From Bacillota bacterium (lineage in GTDB: Bacteria > Bacillota > Clostridia > Peptostreptococcales > Anaerovoracaceae), in contig JAFRHG010000002.1 in NCBI GenBank assembly GCA_017433375.1, positions 27,361 to 91,360 on the forward strand: DNA of 64,000 nucleotides. The letters are read 5' to 3'. The notes under the pieces are model-generated. The model was not told where the DNA came from. It did not search any database and saw nothing but the letters and a program-made list of their open reading frames with translations. Of this stretch, positions 10,108 through 19,291 are shown piece after piece. How positions within the stretch are numbered: position 1 is the stretch's first letter; every line of letters begins with the position of its first letter. Position numbers and translations under genes: made by a program.

Positions 10108-10387
10108 ACTCCCCCAGCACATTGGAGGACGACGACAGTAGGGCCCGCTTATCGGCGGGCTTCATTTTTTTAATGGCCGCCTCCCGCCGGAGGGCGGCGC
10201 TTTTGTCCGGGAGCAGCTCAAGATAGACGGGCTCCACCGGCAGGCGGCTGCGGGTGTACTTGCCGCCTTTGCCCGACTGGTGGGCCTGCAGGCGGCGTCC
10301 GAAGTCGCTGGTCCAGCCGGTGTAGAGGGAACCGTCCCGGCACCGGAGCATATATACACAGGGTCTGTTATTAAACTTGTCTGCCAT
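10091..10387 (-). CDS. GIY-YIG nuclease, UPF0213/YazA family
   Basis: VYMLRCRDGSLYTGWT, HQSGKGGKYTRSRLP, ALRREAAIKK; start taken at MADKFN (10387). Confidence 0.9.
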   Translation of the reverse strand: MADKFNNRPCVYMLRCRDGSLYTGWTSDFGRRLQAHQSGKGGKYTRSRLPVEPVYLELLPDKSAALRREAAIKKMKPADKRALLSSSSNVLGEFNSQP

Positions 10388-10414
10388 GGTTCCATTGTAC
10401 CACAGAATGTCGTG

Positions 10415-10560
10415 ACTCTGACAAACAGGCGGTTTTGACCGAGTTGTCAGAATGATAAAGATCATTACTCTGACAAATCATCGGTTTTGATCAAATTGTC
10501 AGAATGACAGAGTTCATTTTTCTGACAAACCATCGATTCTGAGCAGATCGTCAGAATGTC
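10415..10560. repeat. Three degenerate ~52-bp palindromic units
   Basis: Units start at about 10415, 10467 and 10520; each is TCTGACAAA...(T/C)GTCAGAATG with inverted ends. Confidence 0.8.
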
Positions 10561-10722
10561 CTGGTGCGGGCCACCGAACAAAGCGTCATCGTCGGAGGAA
10601 GATCGGTTCCGGGCCGGCGGGGGAAGATCGGTTCCGATCTCTGTGGAAATCGGAAAACCAGTGTGTTATGATGGAACCGGGCCGGCGCAAAGCCGGACGA
10701 GAAAACGGGGGAGAGCAGCGGA

Positions 10723-12372
10723 ATGAGCAAAACAGACTACATACTGACCGGCGGAAGGTTCTACACTTCCGATGAGGCCAGACCGTGGGCGGATACCGTC
10801 GCCGTAGGGGACGGCAGATTTCTATTTGTCGGAAAAGAGGAAGATCTGCCGGAAGAGCTGCGGGACAGGGAGGTCATAGACCTTGGCGGCCGTCTCGTGC
10901 TGCCGGGGCTGGTGGACGCCCACGCCCATGTGGGGCTCAGCGCCCTGCTGGGAGACGATGACGGACAGATGCCCGCCTATCACTGCAAAAGCAAGGAAGA
11001 GGTGCTGGAGACCCTGCGCCGGGAAGTGAAGGCCCATCCCCTGCGGCTGTTTTACGGCATGATCTACGGGCAGGCGGAAGCCATCGGCCCGGAAGGCATT
11101 CACCGGAAGGAGCTGGACAAAATCGTCCGCCGGCCGGTGGTTCTTCTGGAAGAGGAATGCCACAGCTGCTTTGTCAATTCGGCCGCGCTGAAGGCCATAG
11201 GCGTCAAGGAGGATACCCCGGATCCCGCGCCGGGATACAGTTATTACGACCGGGATGAAGAAGGCCGCCTGACCGGCGGAATCAAGGAGATGGCCATGAT
11301 GCCCCTGCTGAAGCTGGCGGGGGACTTCCGCAAAGAGAAAATGCGCGCCGGCATGAAGCGGATCCTGGACAACCTGGCGGACCACGGCGTGACTTCCGTC
11401 TTTGACGCGGGCAGTTATCTGAAGGAAGAGGGAACCTTCCGGATCCTCAAGGAAATGGACGAGAAGGGGGAGATCCCCATCCGGATCGAAGCCTCCCACA
11501 TCATTTTCAAGAAGGATCAACTCCCCGGCGCGATCGAAGAATTCAAACGGCTGCGTTCCCTGTATGAAACGGAACACATCCATTTCCATACCATGAAGAT
11601 GATGCTGGACGGCACCCAGAGGGTCCGCACGGCGAAGATGGTCACTCCCTACGAAGACAGCGATACGACCGGCGGGACCCTCATTTCCGCCGACCAGATG
11701 GAGCAGTTCATCCTGGACCTGGAAGAGGAAGGGATCGACTTCCACCTGCATACCGTGGGGGAGGGCGCTGTCCGCATGGTGATGGACGGCGTGCAGAAGG
11801 CGAGAGAGACGCTGGGCAGACCCCTGCGCATCCGCGTCACCTGCGCCCACGTGGAGGTGCTGCACCCGGATGACATCGACCGGTTCCGGGAACTGGGAAT
11901 CATCGCCGACTTCACGCCCAGCTGGCACGGCGGCGCCTGCGCGGCGGAGATCCCGGTCATGGAAAGGCTGCTGGGGGAATACCGGGCCAACCATTCCCTG
12001 CAGGCCAAAACGGTCATGGATACCGGGGCGGTGGTGACCTTCTCTTCCGATGAGGTCTCGCTCCACGCCCTGGAGCGGTGGAGTCCCTTCCTGGGGATGG
12101 AGATCGGGCATACCCGTCAGGAAATCAATGACGGCGGAAAGGCTGCGCCCGTTTTCCCGCCGGAGGAAGAGCGGCTGACCCTGGAGGAACTCATCAAAGG
12201 ATATACCGTCAACGGAGCCTTCCAGCTGCGGATGGAAGACCGGATCGGGTCCATGGAAGCCGGCAAGGAGGCGGACATGGTGATCCTGAAAGAGGATCTG
12301 TTCACCATGGATCCCTACAGCATCCACGCTATCCGTCCGTCCTTTGTCATCATCCGCGGCGAGTGGCGGTAG
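10723..12372 (+). CDS. Amidohydrolase family 3 (YtcJ/NfdA-like)
   Basis: VIDLGGRLVLPGLVDAHAH, KMMLDG, HLHTVGEGA, TCAHVE, GSMEAGKEADMVIL. Confidence 0.9.
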   Translation: MSKTDYILTGGRFYTSDEARPWADTVAVGDGRFLFVGKEEDLPEELRDREVIDLGGRLVLPGLVDAHAHVGLSALLGDDDGQMPAYHCKSKEEVLETLRREVKAHPLRLFYGMIYGQAEAIGPEGIHRKELDKIVRRPVVLLEEECHSCFVNSAALKAIGVKEDTPDPAPGYSYYDRDEEGRLTGGIKEMAMMPLLKLAGDFRKEKMRAGMKRILDNLADHGVTSVFDAGSYLKEEGTFRILKEMDEKGEIPIRIEASHIIFKKDQLPGAIEEFKRLRSLYETEHIHFHTMKMMLDGTQRVRTAKMVTPYEDSDTTGGTLISADQMEQFILDLEEEGIDFHLHTVGEGAVRMVMDGVQKARETLGRPLRIRVTCAHVEVLHPDDIDRFRELGIIADFTPSWHGGACAAEIPVMERLLGEYRANHSLQAKTVMDTGAVVTFSSDEVSLHALERWSPFLGMEIGHTRQEINDGGKAAPVFPPEEERLTLEELIKGYTVNGAFQLRMEDRIGSMEAGKEADMVILKEDLFTMDPYSIHAIRPSFVIIRGEWR

Positions 12373-12387
12373 AACAGGAGGAAGGAT

Positions 12388-12570
12388 ATGGACGTACGCG
12401 GAATCGTCAATCTGGTATGCGGCATCGCCGGCGCCCTGGTCGTGCTCTTCGGGATCCTGGTGCTGGCCGGCGTTATTCCGGGAGTGGTTTCCTCCCGGGG
12501 GATGGCCCCCGTTTTTCTTGGCGGGATAATTCTGCTATGGTCGCTGATATCGGGCCGGCGGCGCCGGTAG
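12388..12570 (+). CDS. Small two-TM membrane protein
   Basis: 60 aa with two hydrophobic segments; GGAGGAAGGA SD upstream. Confidence 0.6.
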   Translation: MDVRGIVNLVCGIAGALVVLFGILVLAGVIPGVVSSRGMAPVFLGGIILLWSLISGRRRR

Positions 12571-12653
12571 GAAAAAGGCTCGCCAGTGACCGTAAAAAAG
12601 CAATAATTGGCGTTGCCGGGAGAGCGGTTTCGGCGTATTCTTATAACGTAGGA

Positions 12654-12671
12654 AATATCGTTTACGATATT
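12654..12671. promoter_or_regulatory. Perfect inverted repeat, putative operator
   Basis: AATATCGT-TT-ACGATATT in AT-rich intergenic DNA upstream of the DUF3237-amidohydrolase-permease genes. Confidence 0.5.
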
Positions 12672-12757
12672 GACGGAGTTTCAAAATAGTCTGCCGCTGA
12701 CTAAGCAATCGGCGAAGCCGAGCTTTTATAGCAAAGGGAAAGGGAGGATGATCCGCC

Positions 12758-13207
12758 ATGACACTGACCGAACTGTTCAGATATGAAATCGTTCAGACGG
12801 AAGATGTGGAGATGCCCGGAACCGGGGCGGGAGACCTGCTCCTTTCGCCTACCAGCGGCGGATGGTTCGAGGGAGAGCGTCTGCGGGGAAAGCTGCTTCC
12901 CCTGGGGATGGGAACCTGCTTGACCAGAGGCGAAGAGAACGACATCGAATCCCAGATCCTTCTGCGGACCGATGACGGCGAGAACATCCTGATGACCACC
13001 AGCGCCTGGTTCGATGTCCCGCAGGAGATCGAAGACAGACTGATCGCCGGGGAGCCGGTGGATCCCGGCGCCTACTACTACAAAGGAACGGTTGCCTTTC
13101 AGACGGGAAGCCCCGCCTACAAATGGCTGGAGCGGAAGGTCTGCGTGTGCGAATGCACGGTGCACGACTATACCCGGCTGACCTTTACCGTTTATATGAT
13201 CCAGTGA
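12758..13207 (+). CDS. DUF3237 (UPF0311)-like protein
   Basis: GGWFEGERLRGKLLP, LRTDDGENI, FQTGSPAYKWL pattern. Confidence 0.8.
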   Translation: MTLTELFRYEIVQTEDVEMPGTGAGDLLLSPTSGGWFEGERLRGKLLPLGMGTCLTRGEENDIESQILLRTDDGENILMTTSAWFDVPQEIEDRLIAGEPVDPGAYYYKGTVAFQTGSPAYKWLERKVCVCECTVHDYTRLTFTVYMIQ

Positions 13208-13226
13208 TATACAGGAGGATGAACAG

Positions 13227-14930
13227 ATGAGCGCAGACAGGATTTACAGAAACGGACGGTTCTATACGGAGAACCCGTCGGCGCCCTGGGCGGAGGCCGT
13301 GGCCATCCGCGGCAGGGAACTGGCTGCCGTAGGAACGGAGGCGGAGTGCATGGCGCTGGCCGATGAGAAGACCCAGGTCGTCGATCTGGGCGGGAAGGTC
13401 GTGATCCCGGGACTCATCGACGGGCACACCCATCCCATCACCGTGGCCAGGACCCACTGGCGTGTGCGGATGCCCCTGACCCACGACCGGGAGGAGCTCT
13501 TTGCCAACATCCGCAAATACGCGGAGGCCAATCCGAAGGAAACCTGCCCCTATTTCTTCTGTGAAAACTACTTCGCCGAGGTCTTCGGCGACGAGGGTCC
13601 GAAGAAGGAGGACCTGGACGCGATCATTCCCGACCGGCCTGCCCGGATCCAGGACTTCACCGATCACGCCTGCTGGTTCAACTCGGCAGCGCTGGATCTC
13701 CTGAAGGATGAAACAGGAGAGATCAACATCGAGACCGGCGCCATCCAGCCGGAGTTCGTGAAAGATGAAAAGGGGGAGTACACCGGCTGGGTGCGGGAGC
13801 CCTTTGAGGAGATCGATGAGGTGATCTATGAAAAGCTGGGCTGGTACCCGCCTCAGGAAATCACCGACGACATGGTGGATCCCCTGCTGGACTACTTCAA
13901 GGCCCATGGCATCACCTGCATGATGGACGCCCTGACCACCGGGGAGGATTCCATGAAGTACTTCTTCGAAAAGGACAGGAAGGGTGAGCTGGGGATGTTC
14001 TATGACGCCACCTCCATCCTGGTGTCTGCGGACAGGATCGACGAAGCCATCGAAACGGCCCGGCAGTGGCAGGCGAAGTACGGCGGAGAACATATCCGCG
14101 TCAATACGATCAAGTTCTTCATCGACGGGACTAACGAGCTGGGGGACTGCTGCAGTCTTAAGCCCTTTGCCAATGACCCGGAGGGGAAGGATTGCGGCAG
14201 CAGCTATGCCACGGAAGACGAAATGGTGGAGGTCATGCTGAAGATAAACGACGCCGGCATGGACTTCCACGTGCATACGATCTGCGACGGCGCTTTCCGG
14301 CTCATGTGCAACGCCTATGAACGGGCGAAGGCCCAGCGTCCGGACAACTGGACCATGTACCTGACCCTGGCCCACTGCGAGCTCATCGATCCGGAGGACA
14401 TGCGCCGGGTGGCGAAGCTGGGGATCTTCATCGACTGGTCCACCCACTGGTCCGGCGGATACTTCGGCGATGCGGCCAAAGACTATGTGGGCGACCGGTG
14501 GTATTCCATGTATGACTTCACCACCATCATCAAAGAGGGCGGCATCGTGGGTTACTCCAGCGATGTGTTCACCTATCAGGAAGCGATCCGGGCCAACCCC
14601 TTCATCGGGATGCAGACGGCCATGACCAGGGTGGACCTGTTCATGCCCCTGGATCCGGAGAAATACCCGGGCAGCGTGAGGCCGCCGGAATCGGCGAAGC
14701 TGCCCCTGGACGAGCTTCTCCGCGGCTATACCCGCAACAACGCCCTGCGGATGCGGCTTCTGGACCGCATGGGAACCATCGAGGCCGGCAAGCTGGCCAA
14801 CCTGGTGGTGCTGAACAAGGACATCTTCGCCGTCCCGGCGGAAGAAGTGGCCGGAGTGGATGCGGAATTCGTCATCTACGAAGGCGAGGAACGCCGGGTG
14901 AAGAGCGAATTGGATATTCAGCGAGGATAA
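13227..14930 (+). CDS. Amidohydrolase family 3 (YtcJ/NfdA-like), second paralog
   Basis: PGLIDGHTH, IKFFIDG, FHVHTICD, LAHCE, GTIEAGKLANLVVL. Confidence 0.9.
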   Translation: MSADRIYRNGRFYTENPSAPWAEAVAIRGRELAAVGTEAECMALADEKTQVVDLGGKVVIPGLIDGHTHPITVARTHWRVRMPLTHDREELFANIRKYAEANPKETCPYFFCENYFAEVFGDEGPKKEDLDAIIPDRPARIQDFTDHACWFNSAALDLLKDETGEINIETGAIQPEFVKDEKGEYTGWVREPFEEIDEVIYEKLGWYPPQEITDDMVDPLLDYFKAHGITCMMDALTTGEDSMKYFFEKDRKGELGMFYDATSILVSADRIDEAIETARQWQAKYGGEHIRVNTIKFFIDGTNELGDCCSLKPFANDPEGKDCGSSYATEDEMVEVMLKINDAGMDFHVHTICDGAFRLMCNAYERAKAQRPDNWTMYLTLAHCELIDPEDMRRVAKLGIFIDWSTHWSGGYFGDAAKDYVGDRWYSMYDFTTIIKEGGIVGYSSDVFTYQEAIRANPFIGMQTAMTRVDLFMPLDPEKYPGSVRPPESAKLPLDELLRGYTRNNALRMRLLDRMGTIEAGKLANLVVLNKDIFAVPAEEVAGVDAEFVIYEGEERRVKSELDIQRG

Positions 14931-14964
14931 ACGCAATCATTATCATTATTTAAGGAGGTTAGTT

Positions 14965-16323
14965 ATGACTGAATTACAGAATCAGGGTGAGTTAAAACGA
15001 ACCCTGTCGATCCCCCTTCTGATCGGCTTCGGTCTGGCCTATCTGGCCCCGACCGTCGTGTTCAATTACTACGGGATCTGGACGGTGGACACCGGCGGCA
15101 TGTATCCCCTGTGCCTGCTGATCACCACGGTGCTGATGACGATCACCGCCTACAGCTATACCCGGATGGTCAAGGCCTATCCCCAGGCGGGCTCGGCCTA
15201 TGTCTACGTCAACAAATCGGTCCAGCCCCACGTCGGTTTTCTGACCGGCTGGGTCATGCTGCTGGACTACCTGCTTCTGCCCATGGTCTGCTATCTGCTG
15301 CTGGGCATCTACATCAATGAGTACTTCCCCGCCATCCCGGTTTGGGTGATCGTGGTCACGCTGGCCGCCTTCGGCGCGATAATCAACATCATCGGCGCAA
15401 AGACGGCATCCATCGTGGATACCATCATCATCATCGCTCAGATCGCCTTCACCCTGGTGACGATCATTCTCTGCGTCGCCTATGTGGCCGGCGGAAACGG
15501 AGCCGGAACCATATTCTCTGGCAAGGCCTTTATCAATGCGGAAGCTTTTGATATCACGTCGATCCTGCGCTGCTCTGCCATTTTGTGCGTATCCTTCGTC
15601 GGATTCGACGCGGTCACGACCATGGCAGAGGAAACCAAAGATCCGGAAAAAGCCATGACACCGGCCATCATGGGAACCTGCGTCGGCGCGGGCATCCTGT
15701 TCTTCATCACGGCCTACGCCATGAACATCGCATGGCCGGAGGCGGTCGCCCAGATCCAGGATCCCGACACCGGTGTTTTCGAATTCTTCCCGGCCATCAA
15801 CAAAGCCTTCATGGCGGATGTCTTCTTCGTCGTTGACAACTGCGCGTCCCTGGTCTGCGCCATGGCGGGCATGGGCGCGGTCTCCCGGCTGCTGCTGGGC
15901 ATGGGCCGCGACAACATCCTGCCCAAGAAGTTCTTCGGCCACATTTCGCCGAAGTTCCATACGCCGGTCTACAACATCCTGCTGGTCTCCGTCATCGGCT
16001 GCACCGGCATCTTCTACGCGGACAACCTGATGGGCGCCGCGGAGCTGGTATCCTTCGGCTGCATCCTGGGCTTCATCATGGTCAACATCTCCGTCTACAT
16101 GCACTTCTATCGTCATGAAGGGCTGCGGGACGGCACAAAGAACAAGATCATGTACCTGGTCCTGCCGCTGCTCGGCGCCATCGTTCTGGCCGTCGCCTTC
16201 ATCTTTGTCGGCAACGGCGCCAAGATCCTGGGCTGCATCTGGCTGGGCATCGGCCTCGTCTATCTGGCGATCAAGACCAGAGGCTTCAAGGAGCTGCCAC
16301 CGGAAATGACTTTTGAGGAATAG
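14965..16323 (+). CDS. APC-family amino acid/polyamine permease (PuuP-like)
   Basis: About 12 TM helices; YPQAGSAYVY, GFLTGWVMLLDY, SFVGFDAVTTMAEETKDP. Confidence 0.9.
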   Translation: MTELQNQGELKRTLSIPLLIGFGLAYLAPTVVFNYYGIWTVDTGGMYPLCLLITTVLMTITAYSYTRMVKAYPQAGSAYVYVNKSVQPHVGFLTGWVMLLDYLLLPMVCYLLLGIYINEYFPAIPVWVIVVTLAAFGAIINIIGAKTASIVDTIIIIAQIAFTLVTIILCVAYVAGGNGAGTIFSGKAFINAEAFDITSILRCSAILCVSFVGFDAVTTMAEETKDPEKAMTPAIMGTCVGAGILFFITAYAMNIAWPEAVAQIQDPDTGVFEFFPAINKAFMADVFFVVDNCASLVCAMAGMGAVSRLLLGMGRDNILPKKFFGHISPKFHTPVYNILLVSVIGCTGIFYADNLMGAAELVSFGCILGFIMVNISVYMHFYRHEGLRDGTKNKIMYLVLPLLGAIVLAVAFIFVGNGAKILGCIWLGIGLVYLAIKTRGFKELPPEMTFEE

Positions 16324-16338
16324 AAAGGAGAACCCTAT

Positions 16339-18135
16339 ATGAATAAACTGATTACCGACACCATCACCTATATCGGGGCCAACGACCATGAGATCGATCT
16401 CTTCGAGGGCCAGTACATCGTGCCCAACGGCATGGCCTACAATTCCTACGCCATCGCCGGCGACAAGATCGCCATCATGGACACCATCGACCGGAGGAAA
16501 ACGGAGGAATGGCTCCAGAACATCGAAGCCGCGCTGAAGTGCAGCCAGCCGGATTACCTGATCGTGCAGCACATGGAGCCGGACCACTCCGCCTCCATCG
16601 AGGCTTTCGTGAAGAAGTATCCGGGAGCCACGGTCGTGGGAAACAAGAAGACCTTCACCATGATCGGACAGTTCTTCCCCGAGCTGGAGATCGCCAACAA
16701 GCTGGAGGTGAGCAACGGGGATTCCCTGGATCTGGGCGGCCACGTGCTGAACTTTGTATTCGCGCCCATGGTCCACTGGCCGGAGGTCATGATGACCTAC
16801 GACTCCGTGGACAAAGTGCTCTTCTCCGCCGACGGCTTCGGCAAGTTCGGCGCCCTGGATGTGGAAGAGGACTGGGCCTGTGAAGCCCGCCGCTACTACA
16901 TCGGCATCGTGGGCAAGTACGGTCCCCAGGTGCAGTCCGTGCTCAAGAAGGCGGCGGCCCTGGACATCCAGACCATCTGCCCCCTCCACGGCCCGGTGCT
17001 GACCGAAGATCTGGGCTACTACATCGGCCTCTATGACACCTGGTCCAGCTACGTGGCGGAGACCGACGGCATCTGCATCTGCTACACCTCCGTCTACGGA
17101 CACACGAAGACGGCGGCGGAGATGCTCCGCGACCGCCTGGTGGAGCTGGGCGTTCCCACGGTGGAGATCAACGATCTGGCCCGGTGCGACATGGCCGAGG
17201 CGGTGGAGGATGCCTTCCGTTATGACAAGCTGGTCCTGGCCACGACGACCTACAACGCGGAGATCTTCCCCTTCATGAAGCAGTTCATCGATCACCTGAC
17301 CGAGCGGAATTTCCAGAAGCGCACCGTTGCCTTTATCGAAAACGGCAGCTGGGCGCCCACGGCCATGAAGATCATGAAGCAGGCCTTCGAGAAGTCAAAG
17401 GATATCACCTTCGCCAAGAACAACGTGACCATCCTGTCCGCCCTCAACGAGGAGAGCACGGAGCAGCTGATGGCCCTGGCGGATGAGCTGGCGGCCGACT
17501 ACATCCGGCCGGAGATCGAGGAAGACAGCAAGATCGACCCGACGGCCCTGTTCAAGATCGGCTACGGCCTCTACGTGATCACCAGCAACGACGGCAAGCG
17601 GGACAACGGCATGATCGGCAATACGGTCGCCCAGATCAGCAACGATCCCAGCCGCCTCATCGTCGGCATCAACAAGGCCAACTACTCCTGCGAGATCATC
17701 AACAAGACCGGCGTGCTCAACGTCTGCACCCTCAACGAGCAGGCGCCCTTCCAGATCTTCGAGCACTTCGGCTTCCAGTCCGGACGGGATGTGGCCAAGT
17801 TCGCCGACTTCGAGCACTTTGACCGGTCCTCCAACGGACTGCCCTACCTGAACAAGTACGCCAACGGCTACATGTCCCTGAAGGTCTTCGATACTGTGGA
17901 CACGGGCAGCCACCTGATGTTCTTCTGCGACATCACCGAGAGCGCGGTGCTCAACGACGTGGACACCATGACCTACACCTTCTACCAGAAGAACGTCAAG
18001 CCCCGTCCTCAGGAAGAGATCAAGGGCTGGGTGTGCGATGTCTGCGGATACGTCTTCGAGGGCGACGACCTTCCGGAAGACTTCATCTGCCCGCTGTGCA
18101 AGCACGGCGCCAGCGACTTTACCAGGATGGGCTGA
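16339..18135 (+). CDS. fprA: Flavodiiron protein with C-terminal flavin reductase and rubredoxin domains
   Basis: HMEPDH, MVHWPE, FSADGFG, PLHG; flavodoxin YTSVYGHT; flavin reductase [13 protein letters not shown]...FGFQSGRD; rubredoxin CDVCGY...CPLC. Confidence 0.9.
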   Translation: MNKLITDTITYIGANDHEIDLFEGQYIVPNGMAYNSYAIAGDKIAIMDTIDRRKTEEWLQNIEAALKCSQPDYLIVQHMEPDHSASIEAFVKKYPGATVVGNKKTFTMIGQFFPELEIANKLEVSNGDSLDLGGHVLNFVFAPMVHWPEVMMTYDSVDKVLFSADGFGKFGALDVEEDWACEARRYYIGIVGKYGPQVQSVLKKAAALDIQTICPLHGPVLTEDLGYYIGLYDTWSSYVAETDGICICYTSVYGHTKTAAEMLRDRLVELGVPTVEINDLARCDMAEAVEDAFRYDKLVLATTTYNAEIFPFMKQFIDHLTERNFQKRTVAFIENGSWAPTAMKIMKQAFEKSKDITFAKNNVTILSALNEESTEQLMALADELAADYIRPEIEEDSKIDPTALFKIGYGLYVITSNDGKRDNGMIGNTVAQISNDPSRLIVGINKANYSCEIINKTGVLNVCTLNEQAPFQIFEHFGFQSGRDVAKFADFEHFDRSSNGLPYLNKYANGYMSLKVFDTVDTGSHLMFFCDITESAVLNDVDTMTYTFYQKNVKPRPQEEIKGWVCDVCGYVFEGDDLPEDFICPLCKHGASDFTRMG

Positions 18136-18154
18136 GGAGTATCGGCTGAAGCGT

Positions 18155-18991
18155 ATGTTTATCGGATGTCATCTATCATCGGCGGAGGGGTTTCTCCCTA
18201 TGGGGAAGGCGGCGCTGTCCATCGGCGCCGACACCTTCGCCTTTTTTACCCGCAATCCCCGGGGCGGCAAGGCAAAGGCAATTGACCCCGGGGATGCGTT
18301 GGCTTTGCGGACCCTTCTGCAGGAGAACCACTTCGGGCCCCTGGTTGCCCACGCGCCGTACACCCTGAATCCCTGCTCGGACAAGGAGCGGGTCAGGGAG
18401 TTCGCCAGGCTGTGCATGGCGGAGGATATGGAGCGGATGGAGTATCTGCCCGGGAACTACTACAACTTCCATCCCGGCAGCCACGTGGGGCAGGGCAGGG
18501 AGAAGGGGATCAGCCAGATCGTCGAGATCCTCAACGAGATCATTTCCCCCAGCCAGTCCACCATCGTTCTGCTGGAGACCATGGCGGGCAAGGGCAGCGA
18601 GATCGGCGGATGCTTCGAGGAGCTGCGGGAGATCATCGACGGGGTGAAGTGCCGGGACAGGATCGGCGTCTGCATGGACAGCTGCCACGTCAGCGACGCC
18701 GGCTACGATATCATCGGCGATTTGGACGGGGTGCTGGCGGAGTTCGACCGGATCGTGGGGCTTTCCCGGCTCCACGCCCTGCACATCAACGACAGCAAGA
18801 ACCCGGCCGGCTCCCGCAAGGACCGCCACGCCTGCATCGGCGAGGGCACCATCGGGACGGAGGCCATCGCCGCTTTCATCAACCACCCCAAATTAAAAGG
18901 GCTCCCCTGTATTCTGGAGACCCCCAATGAACTGGACGGTTATGCCCGCGAGATCGCTATGCTGCGGGAAACAGAGCGGGCCGCAAAGTAA
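18155..18991 (+). CDS. nfo: Endonuclease IV
   Basis: [47 protein letters not shown]; start at MFIGCH. Confidence 0.93.
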   Translation: MFIGCHLSSAEGFLPMGKAALSIGADTFAFFTRNPRGGKAKAIDPGDALALRTLLQENHFGPLVAHAPYTLNPCSDKERVREFARLCMAEDMERMEYLPGNYYNFHPGSHVGQGREKGISQIVEILNEIISPSQSTIVLLETMAGKGSEIGGCFEELREIIDGVKCRDRIGVCMDSCHVSDAGYDIIGDLDGVLAEFDRIVGLSRLHALHINDSKNPAGSRKDRHACIGEGTIGTEAIAAFINHPKLKGLPCILETPNELDGYAREIAMLRETERAAK

Positions 18992-19017
18992 CGGCCCCCG
19001 CCCGTCGGAAATAGAAT

Positions 19018-19263
19018 CTACTCCTGTGCCTTGCGAAGCAGCTGACAGAGCTGATCGGCACAGGAGGTTTTTTTGAATCCGCAGGTGTTGCCCTCCAGCT
19101 TTTCGCAGATCTGGTCCACGGTCCAGCCGTCCACCAGCATGGAAATGGCTTTCAGGTTGCCGTTGCAGCCGCCGGAAAACTCGATGTTGGTCACGGTGTC
19201 GCCGTCCAGATCAAAGGCAACGGAAGTGGGGCAGACGCCCCGGGTGGGATACTGATAACGCAT
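19018..19263 (-). CDS. TIGR03905-type TSCPD domain protein
   Basis: GVC...FSGGCNGNLKAIS...CGFKKTSCADQL. Confidence 0.85.
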   Translation of the reverse strand: MRYQYPTRGVCPTSVAFDLDGDTVTNIEFSGGCNGNLKAISMLVDGWTVDQICEKLEGNTCGFKKTSCADQLCQLLRKAQE

Positions 19264-19291
19264 AATAACAATCCTTTCTGAGTCTTATCTT

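Noticed and set aside
10415-10560. Possible CRISPR array
   Set aside because: Only three degenerate units, no identical repeats with unique spacers, and no cas genes.
18038-18154. N-terminal extensions in the ORF track (nfo, scpA, birA, tyrS, mutY, sbp, cysTW, panB, DUF202)
   Set aside because: They overlap upstream genes or promoters; downstream starts fit SD or -10 positions and family N-termini.
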